62,673 nucleotides of DNA, filler included, from Rhabdomonas costata (GCA_019059605.1; 30 parts of 30 records of this genome joined end to end with filler, not necessarily neighbours in it); one strand, 5' to 3'. Positions 25,126 to 36,798 are shown, numbered from the whole stretch's first letter. Made by a program: numbers and translations. Notes: generated from the sequence alone by a model not told the origin.

Positions 25126-27110
25126 GGTGTTTGGGGGTTTGGTGAAGTGGGATGCCCTCACCCTGTGGTGTGGGGAGTTCTATGAGTACTTCCAGCGTGG
25201 GGGGAGGCATGGGATGGTCTTGGGTGAGGTCTCGGAGCTGGCGCGGACTTTCTTCGTGGTGGTGTTTATGTACGGCCTCGTGTGCCTGGTGAACTGGGAG
25301 GAGCTGCATGCCTGTGCGCAGGGTATGTGGTGCTTTGGGAAAGTGCGGATGGTGGAAGGTGGTGTCTTGGACCCACTGTGTGGTCCTCAGGTGGACTGCT
25401 GTGGGGAGAAGATGGGGATGGGCTTTGGTTCAGGATGCAATCTTTTGTGGCTGCGTTCTGGGTGTGTATGGCAGCCTTGAGTCGATCTTTTCTTCTTGTT
25501 CCCGGGCTCTAGGTTCCCCCGCGCCGGCCCGTGCTTGTTTTTCGGTGAGTCCTCAAACGTGACCCTCAATTCAATCCAACGTGACCCCAGCGGACCTAGT
25601 GCCAAACAGGAACAAACATCAATCTGTGAGGTTGTGAAGGGACACTGACAGTGACACTGATTCCTATGGCTGCAATCATTTTTTGCGTTTTCCCACTGGA
25701 CCACAACCACTGTTTCCCAGCGAAGTGGTTCCTTGAGGAACCTCTCTCTTCTTCTTAGACTGTCGGAATGTGTCCCTGCTGCGGCCCCTGTTTTCGCCGC
25801 TTGGGGGGTGGAGGCTGCTCGGGGCTCTGGTGGAGGCGGTATTCGTGGCTTTCCTTGCCGCAAGAGCACTGCTGACAGTGGGCATCTTCCGCAGAGCCTC
25901 CCGGCTGGCTGCGCTATACTCCAAGCTGGAGATGCCCTCCCCAGAGTTTTCCAGCTGGGAGGAGATCACCACAGGTCTTTCCTCGTTCCTCCCTCTTCCG
26001 TTCGCTTGCCTTTCTGAAAACCCAACTGAGCCCTCTTCAAACTCTGGCTTGAAACTTCCATCTCTTCACCCGGGCCCATTTTTCCCATAAGACGCTGGCA
26101 ACAATAGGAAAAGGGGCATGACCTATTTGGCACCTCTGCCCCCCCCCCTGTTGCACACCAGATTTTTTTTCGCACCAACAGAGGGAACATGGCACCTCAC
26201 CTTTTCGAGTCACCTCAGAGCGTTGGGGGGATGGGGCGATGTAGTGAAAAAGCGCTGAGAGAAAGGGAAGGAGAGTATCCCAAAGTTGTTGTTGAATGAT
26301 TTTCAATTTTATCATCAAAAACTGTGCGTGCGTGTGATAAAATATGTTGCGTTAAACAGAAGAAAAATCGTGTTTATCCCATTTAAGTGAATTACCTGGA
26401 TGTGGTTGGAGTTGGGAATGTCTCGCAGCGTTGGTGAAGGCGCAGAACCGCATTAAGGTGATCCCATGCGGGATTCTTACGGGGCCTGTGGTGACAAAGT
26501 TTCAGACGTTCACACAGAACTACACGGCTGCTCTCCTGCGAGGGGCTCGGGTGGGCTCTTCCGCCCCAGTGCTGCCCCTGCCCCTGAACGGCAACGTCAG
26601 CCGGTTGCTGGAGCTCAACTTGTATCTGCAGCTTCTGCACCCCTCGTCTTTACATCAGATCTGATCCTTTCACTGTGATTAGTATCCCACCAAGTATCAT
26701 TGGTGGGTGCTAAATTCTCCAAGTTAACTTATTTTGGTGCATATTCGCTTTAGTTCTCCCCCCCTCCCCCGATCCAAAGTGATGTCGCCAGGCATCCTTC
26801 CATGCCATTCTGGGCGCGTCCCGGCTTGACCACCGGCAGATTACTTTGCCCGTTTTTTATCCTTTGGTTTCGGCATTCACTCCCGGCCATAACCACGGCC
26901 ACCACTTTCACACAACTTCCGTTCCTTCCGTAGTCACAAATCCTCAGCCAAGGTGTGGGTGCTTTGGGAGCTGACCGTGTGTTCCCTTGCTCTGGTGTGG
27001 GTAGGGGGTACCTCATCCACTACCTCGTGAAGGAACGCGAGTGCCTTCGCGACGGCAGTGCGGTGGCACGGGAGGACAACGCCCATGCTCTGGCCCACCG
27101 CGCAAAGAAA
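25126..27110 (+). CDS. ATG9: Autophagy-related protein 9, N-terminal part (4 exons)
   Basis: Exons 25126(partial)-25322, 25759-25974, 26429-26621 and 27005-end splice in frame: FYEYFQRGG...LGEVSELARTFFVVVFMYGLVCLVNW, SWEEITTALVKAQ, QNYTAALL, SRLLELNLGYL. The motif order matches ATG9. Confidence 0.78.
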
Positions 27111-27230
27111 AACCCACNNNNNNNNNNNNNNNNNNNNNNNNNNNNNNNNNNNNNNNNNNNNTTAATTAATTAANNNNNNNNNNNNNNNNNNNNNNNNNNN
27201 NNNNNNNNNNNNNNNNNCTGGGTGTTGAGC

Positions 27231-27689
27231 ATGCCAAATCGTGCTCCGCGTCATGAGTGGGGTAGCCAGATAACCAGTGACCGCGATGTCCGCACAACGC
27301 AGCGGCGCTGGCACACTGGATATCGGCGGGGTACTTCCAGACAATCAGGAGCTGAGCGCATCCGCAAGATGCGAATGCGGAAGACCCGTCTTCAACGCGA
27401 CATTGACACCGCTGTTCTTGTCGCTCGGCGGGACATTAAGAGGGGGCATTTGCCGCGTTGCTCACGAAATCTCCGGGTTCTCAAACCCGGCCAGAAAGTA
27501 AAGTATTGCCCTCTGGGTTTGAACAATATGGTAATGTCTGGGACTTTTGTTAGCACTGTGGAATCACCTGCGCACTGCAGGTCGCGCTTTGCTAGCAAGT
27601 TGCTAATCGTGCGTCGGAGCAGGGGGGATTGTAGAAGAGACAGACGCCTTTCATCACTTGTTGCCCTTCCTCATTCAAACGTTTTTTGA
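27231..27689 (+). CDS. Arg-rich accessory ORF (152 aa) of the Tc1-like unit
   Basis: Intronless ATG-to-TGA ORF. In the closed unit it is preceded by a polypyrimidine tract and AG (29030-29045). Basic N-half, beta-rich C-half (LKPGQKVKY...SGTFVSTV...LLIVRR). Confidence 0.55.
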   Translation: MPNRAPRHEWGSQITSDRDVRTTQRRWHTGYRRGTSRQSGAERIRKMRMRKTRLQRDIDTAVLVARRDIKRGHLPRCSRNLRVLKPGQKVKYCPLGLNNMVMSGTFVSTVESPAHCRSRFASKLLIVRRSRGDCRRDRRLSSLVALPHSNVF

Positions 27690-27764
27690 GGACGCACCGT
27701 TTTGTTCTTTTTCAGGGTTGAACCGTATTTGTTTTTGGCTTTTCAAAGTGTGCAGTTTTCGCCA

Positions 27765-28842
27765 ATGCCTCCTTGTTATTCATGCCCCAAAGGCAGGATG
27801 ACCGATATTGGCTTCTACTTAGCCCATGAGTGGCACAGCCAAGGCAAGAAAATAAACCGTATTGCTAGGGACCTGAAGCTCTCATTGGACACTGTTCGCC
27901 AGCATCTTGCCCATGCAGTTCCTCCATCAAAGAGACGCTATATACGCTCCCCTCCTCGTCTTAGTGCAGCTCGCATTGCCCAAATAACTCATCGCCGCGG
28001 ATTGGTTAAGGTTTACCGTGGCAAGAAAGTCATTGTATTACGGAGGCATACCAATGTGAGGGGTTCCAGAGCGAAGCCAGTCGTTCTTAAAAGAAGGGAA
28101 TACCCTTCCTGTGCCTCAATTGCCAGGAAACTAGCCTTTTCGCACAAGATAGACGTGAGTGCCTCAACTGTCCGCCGCGATCTGCGGGTGCTAATGCTCG
28201 CCGACGGCCCAAGGCGGCACGTCTGAGAATTGGGGACTGCAAACAGCGACTCTTGTTTTGCAAAAGGATCAAGCGGGGTCTTAATTGCGCCGAACTGTTA
28301 TTTACCGACGAGAAGTACTTGACTGCAACGACCACGGTTGCTCTTGGGGTGTGGGTTATGAGAAATGAACAGGTGGAACCGCTTGGTCGTGATCGCTGGG
28401 CTCCCAAGGTATCCATATGGGAATGAAGGGAATCGGTGTTAAAAAGCTTGTGATTCTTCCTCGGGGAACCATTGCGGCTGAAGGATACCGTGATCTTTGC
28501 CTGAGCAAGTCACTTGCGGTGATGAGAGGCAAGATTTTGATGCACGATGGGGCAAGGGCCCACACATCCAGTGTAGTGGAGGCCTACCTTAAGCAGAAAG
28601 GGGTCCAAGTCCTGAGGCCTTGGCCACCTCGGTCCCCGGATCTCAACCCAATTGAGAATCTGTGGGCTATCTTATCCCGCAAGGTGAGCTATAGTGGGCC
28701 AACAGATGAGAAAGAGCTGGTGAGGTTTGTTCAAAAGGCCTGGGACGAGTACCCCCAAAGTGAGGTTGACAAGCTCGTGATGAGCTTTTGCCGCCGGGTT
28801 GCACAGTGCATTGTGAACAAAGGTAGGAAGGGGAAGTTGTGA
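27765..28842 (+). pseudogene. IS630-Tc1-mariner transposase (DD35E), split by two -1 frameshifts
   Basis: Two HTH-like motifs (INRIARDLKLSLDTVRQHL; ASIARKL...VSASTVRRDL). LLFTDEKY lies in a second frame (28193-28426). MHDGARAHTS and WPPRSPDLNPIENLW lie in a third frame, with 35 residues between the second D and the E. Confidence 0.9.
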
Positions 28843-29462
28843 CGTGCAAGTGTTGGCTCTCCCGTGAAGTTTTCGCGCCCAAAAAGGCGTTGTGCCGAAA
28901 ATGCAAGGCTAGCTCCACCCAAAAACTGAGAAATTAGTCTGTAACAGTTTACGGTGAAGGCTGCTATGCGTGAGTATGTAACATTATTTTTGGAATTGTG
29001 CGCCGAAGGCTCCCGAAAATTTTGGGAACTTGATTTTGTTTTTAGACACTCTGCTTCGCTCTGTCGTTGGTTATTGTTTTTGTCTGGGTGTTGAGCATGC
29101 CAAATCGTGCTCCGCGTCATGAGTGGGGTAGCCAGATAACCAGTGACCGCGATGTCCGCACAACGCAGCGGCGCTGGCACACTGGATATCGGCGGGGTAC
29201 TTCCAGACAANNNNNNNNNNNNNNNNNNNNNNNNNNNNNNNNNNNNNNNNNNNNTTAATTAATTAANNNNNNNNNNNNNNNNNNNNNNNNNNNNNNNNNN
29301 NNNNNNNNNNTGGGGTGTGTTTGGGTGTTGGTTGCATTCCTCGAACTGTCTGGTTTATGTGTGATGGTTGAGGACAGTGGGTTGGTAAGACTGAGTTGAG
29401 TTTCTGGAATTTTTGATTTGTGTCGGTTTCCGTGACACATGAGTATTCTATCTATCTCTCAG

Positions 29463-31186
29463 AGCCGAAGCGGAAGCGGAGGAGTTCACCTGGGGGCTCC
29501 CCGCAAGGGCCGAGAGCAGCTCCCCTGAGGAATATGGCCTTCGCTTCAATGGGGTACGCCAATGTCCCGTGTCGTGAGGCTGAAAAAAACTACAGCTGTA
29601 TGTGCTTGTTACATGCATGGAAGTTTTGGCATGTGGTCCTTTGACGGAATATTCGTAGTTTCATTGTTTGCATAACATGTTTGCACAGCAACTTTGATAT
29701 CTTTCTTTTGGATTCGTGGAGATATTGTTTTTCTTGGCTTCGTTTCAGGGGGGAGGGGCAGCCTGTGGCTATTGAGGGAGGCTATTGAGAGAAGAGGAGG
29801 GTTTTTTCCGGTTGCCGCCTACGGTTGCAGGGCTACGCCATGTGCTCGGACCCCTCCCTTCGCTTCCGGGGCTGTGTTACCATTGAATGTATGGTCCGCC
29901 TCAGCAGCCTTCCCTCCAGCTCCACCCCGGGCAGCCGTGGGCACACCCAGGTACCTCTCCCACCCCCCAGCCCGCCTGTCTATTCTTGGACTGTGTGGGA
30001 CAGGAAGCTGGCTGCCGAAACCGGTGGGTGGGAAGGCCCTGCTGAGAAAGGAACCGGGTCAGCAGCCAGAAATACCCTTCTCCTATCCAATAAGCGGTTA
30101 TGGGACGTCAGGAATGCGGTCTCCGGAGGGAAAAGCGCCCAGAAAGGGTATACACCATACTCCAGGGCCTCTTACACGTTACCAAAGGTCCTTTGGGGTA
30201 TTCCGCTTTTTCGAGGAAGATTGGGCAAAGCCCTGCTGGGAAGGGGAGCGGTTAAAAGTCAGGTGGTATGGAGTGAGTCTTTCTCGAAAAACTTGCCTTG
30301 AAACCGATGTGTCCGGTGTGTCTTCATCACGTACCCCTTGTGTTCAAGGAAAGCCCGCAATGCTCCCTATCTTCTCTCTTGCTCAGATTTTGGTGGCTTA
30401 TGGGCGTCCCGACCTGTGCGAGGGGGGTAGCCTGTTCCTGCAGATCAGCGAGTCCACGCTGCAGCTTGGGATTGTCACCTCGGCCAGAGAGGAGGGAGAC
30501 CGACCCCTCTCTGCAGGGAACTCAGAAAGTGAGGTCTGGCAGCCTGTGCTTTGCGCGGTGAGTGCGTGTGTTCATGAACTCTTGAATTCTATTGTCCCTC
30601 TAGGGAGGTTTTTCCAGCAGCTCCCCCCGTCCTCTTGTGCCGGTCTCTCGACTGCACCAATTATCAGGATCGGGGAGGGGGGGGGGGCAGAATCTTGGCT
30701 TTGGATCAACCTTCACTCCTTCACCCTGCATTTGTGACTTACCATAAATCACCTAGAACCATACATACTGGTAATTGGTGGGATAATGGTACTCCTGAGT
30801 TGATTTTACAGGTAGCTTCCCAGCCTCCGGCTGCATCTCTTCGCCAAGTCATGGCATCTTGAACGGTCCATTTCGGGGCTTGTTAAGACCTGAATTGGAC
30901 GCATTTCCAAGGACCTGATGTGCATTTAGACCCTGGGCCCAATGACACGCGCACAAAGGCCGAGGTGTGCGAGCTGGAGCTGTCGTGGGTGGACTTGGGG
31001 CGGTGGATGTACCTCTGCGGGATCTTCGATGGGCGCTCGCTGAGGCTCTTCAAGGACGGCTGCCACGGCCCCGCGCGGTGCCCCACGGAGGGCTGCAGCT
31101 TCCACAGCCAGAACAGCAGCCCAGGGTGGTGGCTTGGGGGGCTTCCCGAGGCCCCCAGGCTGGCCCTTCGGGGCGACCTCAAGGAG
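29463..31186 (+). CDS. LamG/concanavalin A-like jelly-roll domain protein, partial
   Basis: Exons 29463-29553, 29831-29950, 30387-~30528/30557 (donor uncertain) and 30930-31186: YGLRFNGGYAMC...CVTIECMVRL...GRWMYLCGIFDGRSLRLFKDG...WWLGG...LRGDLKE, a Laminin_G_3-type pattern. Confidence 0.75.
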
Positions 31187-31594
31187 GTTCTTTCTCTCTA
31201 CGTCTTTCCTTCGAATCGCTTTGCTTGTTCACAGCATATCGTTTGAAAACAAGCCCGTAATCATGTGATTTCAACCCCAACACACCACACACACCCAACA
31301 CNNNNNNNNNNNNNNNNNNNNNNNNNNNNNNNNNNNNNNNNNNNNTTAATTAATTAANNNNNNNNNNNNNNNNNNNNNNNNNNNNNNNNNNNNNNNNNNN
31401 NCCAATGCCGCTAATGGCCGCTCTCATGTGCTGCCGTGCCCACACATTCCGTTTTTCATTGGTCCATCCCTGCTTCTGTTTGTGCGGCTGCTTCGCCTTC
31501 GTGTCCATTGCGGGGCGGAAAACTCTCTTGCGAAGAAAGCTGGTGTGCTGGTGTGTTTCAGGTCTGTTTGGTATTTTAGTGGTGCTATGTACAG

Positions 31595-32967
31595 ATTATC
31601 TGCAGCACGGAAAAGCTTCCGCGGAATATGGGCCGCGGGGGCTCGCTGACGATGACGCGCGGGCAAGCCGCACGCCTGAAGGGGACGCTTTTCATCCATC
31701 GAATGAATGTCAATCTCAACACGGACATCCTGGTCACCCCTAACTTCTTCTGGGACCGCGTGGTGGGCGCGTTTTTTCTTTTACTTTTTTCATTTAGCCC
31801 CAGCGAGTCTCTACCCTGCCACACCACTACTTTTGGTCCAGTGCTCTCGGGTGGGGTGGCGGTGCAAACTATTAGCAAATATGTCATGACATTTGCACGG
31901 GCAATGGAGTGCACTGTTAGGGGGCAGAACTAAGGCAAGAAAAGTCAGTGATCAGAAGTATGTCACAGTGATGATTTTGTTCCTTTTTCTGGGTTTTTGA
32001 GCTGCCACTCTTCAGTTCTTTTTGCCATGCTTTTTGCCTTTTTTGTTGCCCTTCCATGCCATGCGTGAGCATCCAGTGGTATAATTTGTTTGCACTACTA
32101 TTAATGATCCCCAGGACAGGGTTTTGAATGTTGGGTTGGGTTGGAGCTGGTGGGTTCGAGCATTGCGCGCTTAAGGGCAGTGGTGAACATGGTATGTCGA
32201 CCATTACTCTTGGATTGCAAGATTTGGGGTGGGGTTGGACGGCTGTGCAGGCGTCCTTTGGGATTCCATCAGAAGTTTCGCAGTGTATTTGTTTAGCTGT
32301 GCACTTGGAAGGGGAGGAGATAGGTATATCCTCATACACAAAGTCTTCTGGGCGGTTAAGTATCGCCTCGTCAGCAGGAGCTTCCTCGGGTCTATTCTTA
32401 TTTGGGTGGATTGTTTTTTCTTGGATCCAGGAATTGCGGTCAATTTATGCGGAGGCGCGAAGGTACATGGAGCTGGACCAAAGGCTAGCCGTGCTGGGGC
32501 AGCGACTGCAAATTGTAGACGATCTGTTCGCAATTCTGCACCAGGTCACACTCACCCTCTGCCCCCACCCCCATTTCGACCCTTTTCTCTTTCTTCCCCC
32601 TTCCATCTAATTCCCTTGCCACCATATTGCCCAGAGTTTTGACCAGTGCCTCGGCAGATTTCCCTTCAAAACCGTTTGTTTTCTTTTTCGCCTTCCCGTC
32701 TTCATCGCTTTCCCTTCCCTTTGCATTCGGTGTGTGATTCAGTCATAGCACAGCCAGACACCGCGAAGTCGAAGCAGAATGCTGACTCGTGTGTCGTGCG
32801 GTCATCACTGTTCAATCTTGATTTGCTTTGCTGTGCAGGAGCTGAAGACAAGGCACCTCAGGCATCTCGAGTGGGTTGTGCTCTGCCTTGTCTTCGTGAA
32901 TGTCATACTGGCGTGGGTCTCACTGAGAAACCACTTGCGAAGCCTGCCCTTCCTGCCGTTCGTGTAG
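31595..32967 (+). CDS. RMD1/RMND1 (DUF155) family protein, C-terminal part
   Basis: Exons 31595-31762, 32431-32544 and 32839-32967: GTLFIHRMNVNLNTDILVTPNFFW, YMELDQRLAVLGQRL, HLEWVVLCL followed by a TM tail. Confidence 0.88.
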
Positions 32968-33849
32968 CCTTACTGTACTTTTATGTCCTCCCGAGTTGTC
33001 TGCTCCACAAACCCGGAGATTGGAAGAAATAGCAAAAGAAATTCAATTTAGCAGGTGCCCATGCAGTTGAACTGAATGTGTGCCGAGTTAAAATGGACGA
33101 GATCTTGCAGCTGTTGGCAGCGTCTCAGGGGAATCCATCAGGAACCAGCACTCTCTAATTGAGCTTGCAAGCACCAGAGTGTTTCATGCATTTATGCGGC
33201 TGATGACGGCGCGTGCGCTTGAAAAACATTTGCGAACCACGCCGGGATTTTGAAGCACACTTACGCGCACCACTTCTCAACAAAAGCGAAACGTGCAAAC
33301 ACGGAAGCCGCGGAGCGGAACAGGTCGACACCATTTAGGATTTATGCAAACCTGCTTCCGAGGCATTGCTGCTCCCCACACCCCCCCAAAAAANNNNNNN
33401 NNNNNNNNNNNNNNNNNNNNNNNNNNNNNNNNNNNNNTTAATTAATTAANNNNNNNNNNNNNNNNNNNNNNNNNNNNNNNNNNNNNNNNNNNNGGCCGCA
33501 GCCGATGCTGTCGCAGGGTTTAGTGCCCAAACCACAACTCTGTAAAGTCGTCTCCACATCTCTCTCTATCTCCGACTGTGTCCTCTAGGCAATCCGACCC
33601 ATCCGGACGCTGAACCAAACTCCCAGCAGACGTCGACGAATCGAAGAAGTATGGATATGGCTGCCGATATGCTGTTGGGACCCAGACAACGCCGCAGATT
33701 ACTGAATCGAGAAATCGGCGAAATGTAGGGGATTCAGAGGGACAATTATGACGCAAAGGTAATCAGCCAAAGCGCCAAAAGGCATCAAGTCTTATCGACA
33801 AAGTACCTGAACCTGAAGCCTTCGGTATTGTGGTGTGCCCCTGTTAAAA

Positions 33850-35486
33850 CGTTTAGGTTTCGTGAATGCTAAGATGTCTGGAACTCCAATACACAGGAAA
33901 TTTGAGTGCATCGCGAATGCCACCTCCCACGACCCGACAACCAAGCTGTAAACTCCAAATAACAAAAACTGACCTCGACTCATGTCTCTTTCTGCAGACT
34001 CTTTCGACACCGTATCGGCATCGCCCTGCCACGACGAAGCCCACCAGGCCCCTCATTTTTTCTTGGCACAATGCACTTCCATATTTTCTCTTAGGGATTA
34101 TTTGAGGTTTTCGAGCGAGACCATTAGAACTTCTCAAACAACGCAGAGCCCTAAACGTCGAGAAGGCGTCCCCATTTTTCGTACTGGATTTAGTCGACAT
34201 GGACTCGGACACCGAGAGTTGAACTACAATGCCCACGCTCAACACGAAGGAGGTTACTTCATGCACAAGGACATGTCGATTATGTTACCACCGACCTGGC
34301 CTACCTCTCCTACTTGTTCTCCGAGTTATCAAGATCAATTCCGGATTCCGGGATACCCAAAGTCGACCACCACCATCGAGAACCCAAAGTCAGAGCGGGA
34401 TCCTGGTGTGTTGAACGATTAGGAATCAGCACCCCATCGTGGCTTCGGATTTCTTTTGAGGTATTAAGACCCCATCGTTTCTTTAGACTGATTTCACGGT
34501 TCACTCGAGTTCAACCACCATCGCATAATCACATCTGTTCCTGGTTCCACATGGTTTTGTGTGAGAGATCTCAATTAGTTTTCTAGTTTTTCCTTTTTTT
34601 CTATTTTCCAGATTTTTCGCACATTTACTTGGTTTTCCAAAGCCTACCGCTCAACAATCACCAACAAGCACCCCGAACCCAGCCGCTAAAATCGGGGCCA
34701 CATTGTGAAAGAAAAATACGGGAGATGAGATGAGACTACCGCGTGTTCCATGTCTGGAACGCGCTATTTGGTTATGCCCACAAAGGATGACGGCTGAATG
34801 ACCTTTTTTCCACGAGGCGGCGAATCGCTTTGGAACGTGCAATCGGCATTGGGCCTCTCGGGCACTCATTTCATTCAAAAGCAAGCAAATCAGCAGCATG
34901 TTGCTGCGTTTGTTTTTGTAAGCGGCGGTGCTCGCACAGGCAATACCAAGCTATATGTGGTCGGAATCATCGACAACACTGATGCTGAACAATGGCGTAA
35001 ACACGCTAAAGACCATCACCTGGCTTCCGCTCACACCGGCAGCACGCCTGCAGGCCAGCCTTGGTATAAAACACGACGGACTGGGCATCAGCGACCTCAG
35101 GGCAACTGTGTCAACCGCACGTCTGGCGATGCTCATAAGCAACGGCGACAAAATTTTTCAGCAGCAGAACAACACAATCACGCTGAAAGCGGAAATTGCT
35201 AGAGCCGCTTGATTCTATGCGTAGCAGTGCAGGAAAGCAAAGCCATCCGTGCCACAACCAGAGCCTCACCTACAGCACGTCTTGACACTCAAACTCCAAG
35301 AGGCAACCAAAGCACAATTCTTCGCAAGCTTGGTGGAGGACGCCAAGATCCTTTGGACAAGGCACACCAGCACAAGATTAAGCGATACCTGCATGGATGC
35401 CAGAAAGCAGGATGGAGTTACTTCGTGTGGGCTGCGGACACGCATGGCGGGTTACACCACCAGGCCATATCTTTTACAAACAAAAC
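33850..35486 (+). mobile_element. Degenerate non-LTR retrotransposon (CRE/SLACS-like RT + REL endonuclease remnants)
   Basis: ARLQASLGIKHDGLGISDL (~35040-35100) matches the CRE QA-x-L-x4-GLG motif. KIKRYLHGCQKAGWSY...DTHGGL...AISF (~35372-35475) matches the REL C-terminus. Faint RT traces (DSFDTVS ~33998). Many stops and frameshifts. Confidence 0.62.
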
Positions 35487-36562
35487 NNNNNNNNNNNNNN
35501 NNNNNNNNNNNNNNNNNNNNNNNNNNNNNNTTAATTAATTAANNNNNNNNNNNNNNNNNNNNNNNNNNNNNNNNNNNNNNNNNNNNTGTGGGTTAAGCCG
35601 AGGTAGGCCTCCCTAAACTCTGCGTGGCCGGTCAGGCCCTTAGGGTCATGCGTTTCCTGATTTTTCAGCCTCGGCCGGTTGTGGCAGCGGTTGGCGGCTC
35701 TTTCGTATCCCCTTCGGCCCCTTCACGCCACACGCAGCGGAGGGTTTACGACAGCACCCACAACGTATTCACACCCACTCCGAACGGGGCCCGGCAACTG
35801 GCTCTTGGCCGCCTGAAGCCCACACACAGAAGGAGTGAACGGCTGAGAAACGACTGAAAAAAAACAGCGGCTCACAAAGTCGTTCGAGTTGGTTGGCTGG
35901 TGATCGAACGATCTGTGAGTGATCAGCAGGATTCTGGGAAGAAGCTTGGCATATTTGACTCATGTTGGCGCTGCATTGGAGATACATCGAGTGCTGGCTG
36001 TGTGCTTGCAGCTCGGGAGGAGGGAACACACCACTGACTGACGACAGGCGAGTCTCTTTATCAAAAGTGGTTGAGTGGCTTTGGAAGCCAGCGGCACCTG
36101 GTGCTTCTGGTGTGTACAATGGGTCATGGAGGGGATGGAGGGGCTCGGATTCGTGGGGTTCGCGATTTCGCAACAATTTTGTTCGCAGGACTTCGCATGT
36201 CTTTTTGGTGCTGATTCTGGCTTTCAGGTGATCGAATCGGGTGCGCAGCTCTCCTCGTCGTCAATCACCGACTCGGTCAAAGAAACGTGCACTGTGTGAT
36301 CATTACCTCAGAGGGACCACACTGCTGTGCTGCGGGCTCCACGCCAGCTTGCAGCAATGCTCAAATACACCCTTCTTTCGATGTCTCTGTTGGTGGTTGG
36401 TGCGCACCTTTTTGGGGGAGGGGGGTAATTAGAAACAGTAGCAATGTGATACAGTATAAGGTTGTCATATCGTGAAACGCTGGCATACCGCTTACCCCAA
36501 AAAGCCCCAAACCGAATGTGGAAATGGAGACCACAGTGCGGAGAGGAGGGTGCGGTTCCGTA

Positions 36563-36798
36563 CTCTGTGCTTCGGCCGCAACACATGCACAGGAAGTATG
36601 CTTTGCGGTGGCGCAGCTCGAAGGTCTGCAGGAACTCCCCCATGGACTTCTCTGGGGTGAGGCTGACGGGATTTAGCTGGGCCCGGGCCTGCCTCTGGTC
36701 CAGGCCCCCGCCGTACTTCTCGATGTTGGGCTTGGCGACTGCGGCAGCACCGGTGACGAGCTGCTGGGTCAGTGCTGCGGTGAGCCGAGCGCGGAGGC
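36563..36798 (-). CDS. Exon of an unidentified protein (LRARLTAALTQQLVTG...KPNIEKYGGGLDQ...FLQTFELRHRKAYFLCMCCGRST)
   Basis: CAG acceptor after a CA-rich intron end, GTACGG donor, strongly GC3-biased codons. Confidence 0.55.

Larger units (their letters stand above)
27218..29210 (+). mobile_element. 1,866-bp circular or head-to-tail tandem IS630-Tc1-type element (accessory ORF + transposase)
   Basis: 27218-27344 is identical to 29084-29210 (127 bp) at both contig ends. The unit contains an HTH/DDE transposase and a second ORF. Confidence 0.85.

Noticed and set aside
28843-29096. Terminal inverted repeats of the Tc1-like unit around CTGT-A-ACAG (28939-28947)
   Set aside because: Complementarity extends only 4 bp. 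No convincing TIR pair, and no TnpB/Fanzor RuvC motifs in the accessory ORF.
29694-30737. Longest ORF (347 aa) as a gene
   Set aside because: It runs through introns of the LamG gene. Only the segment from 30387 shares the true coding frame.
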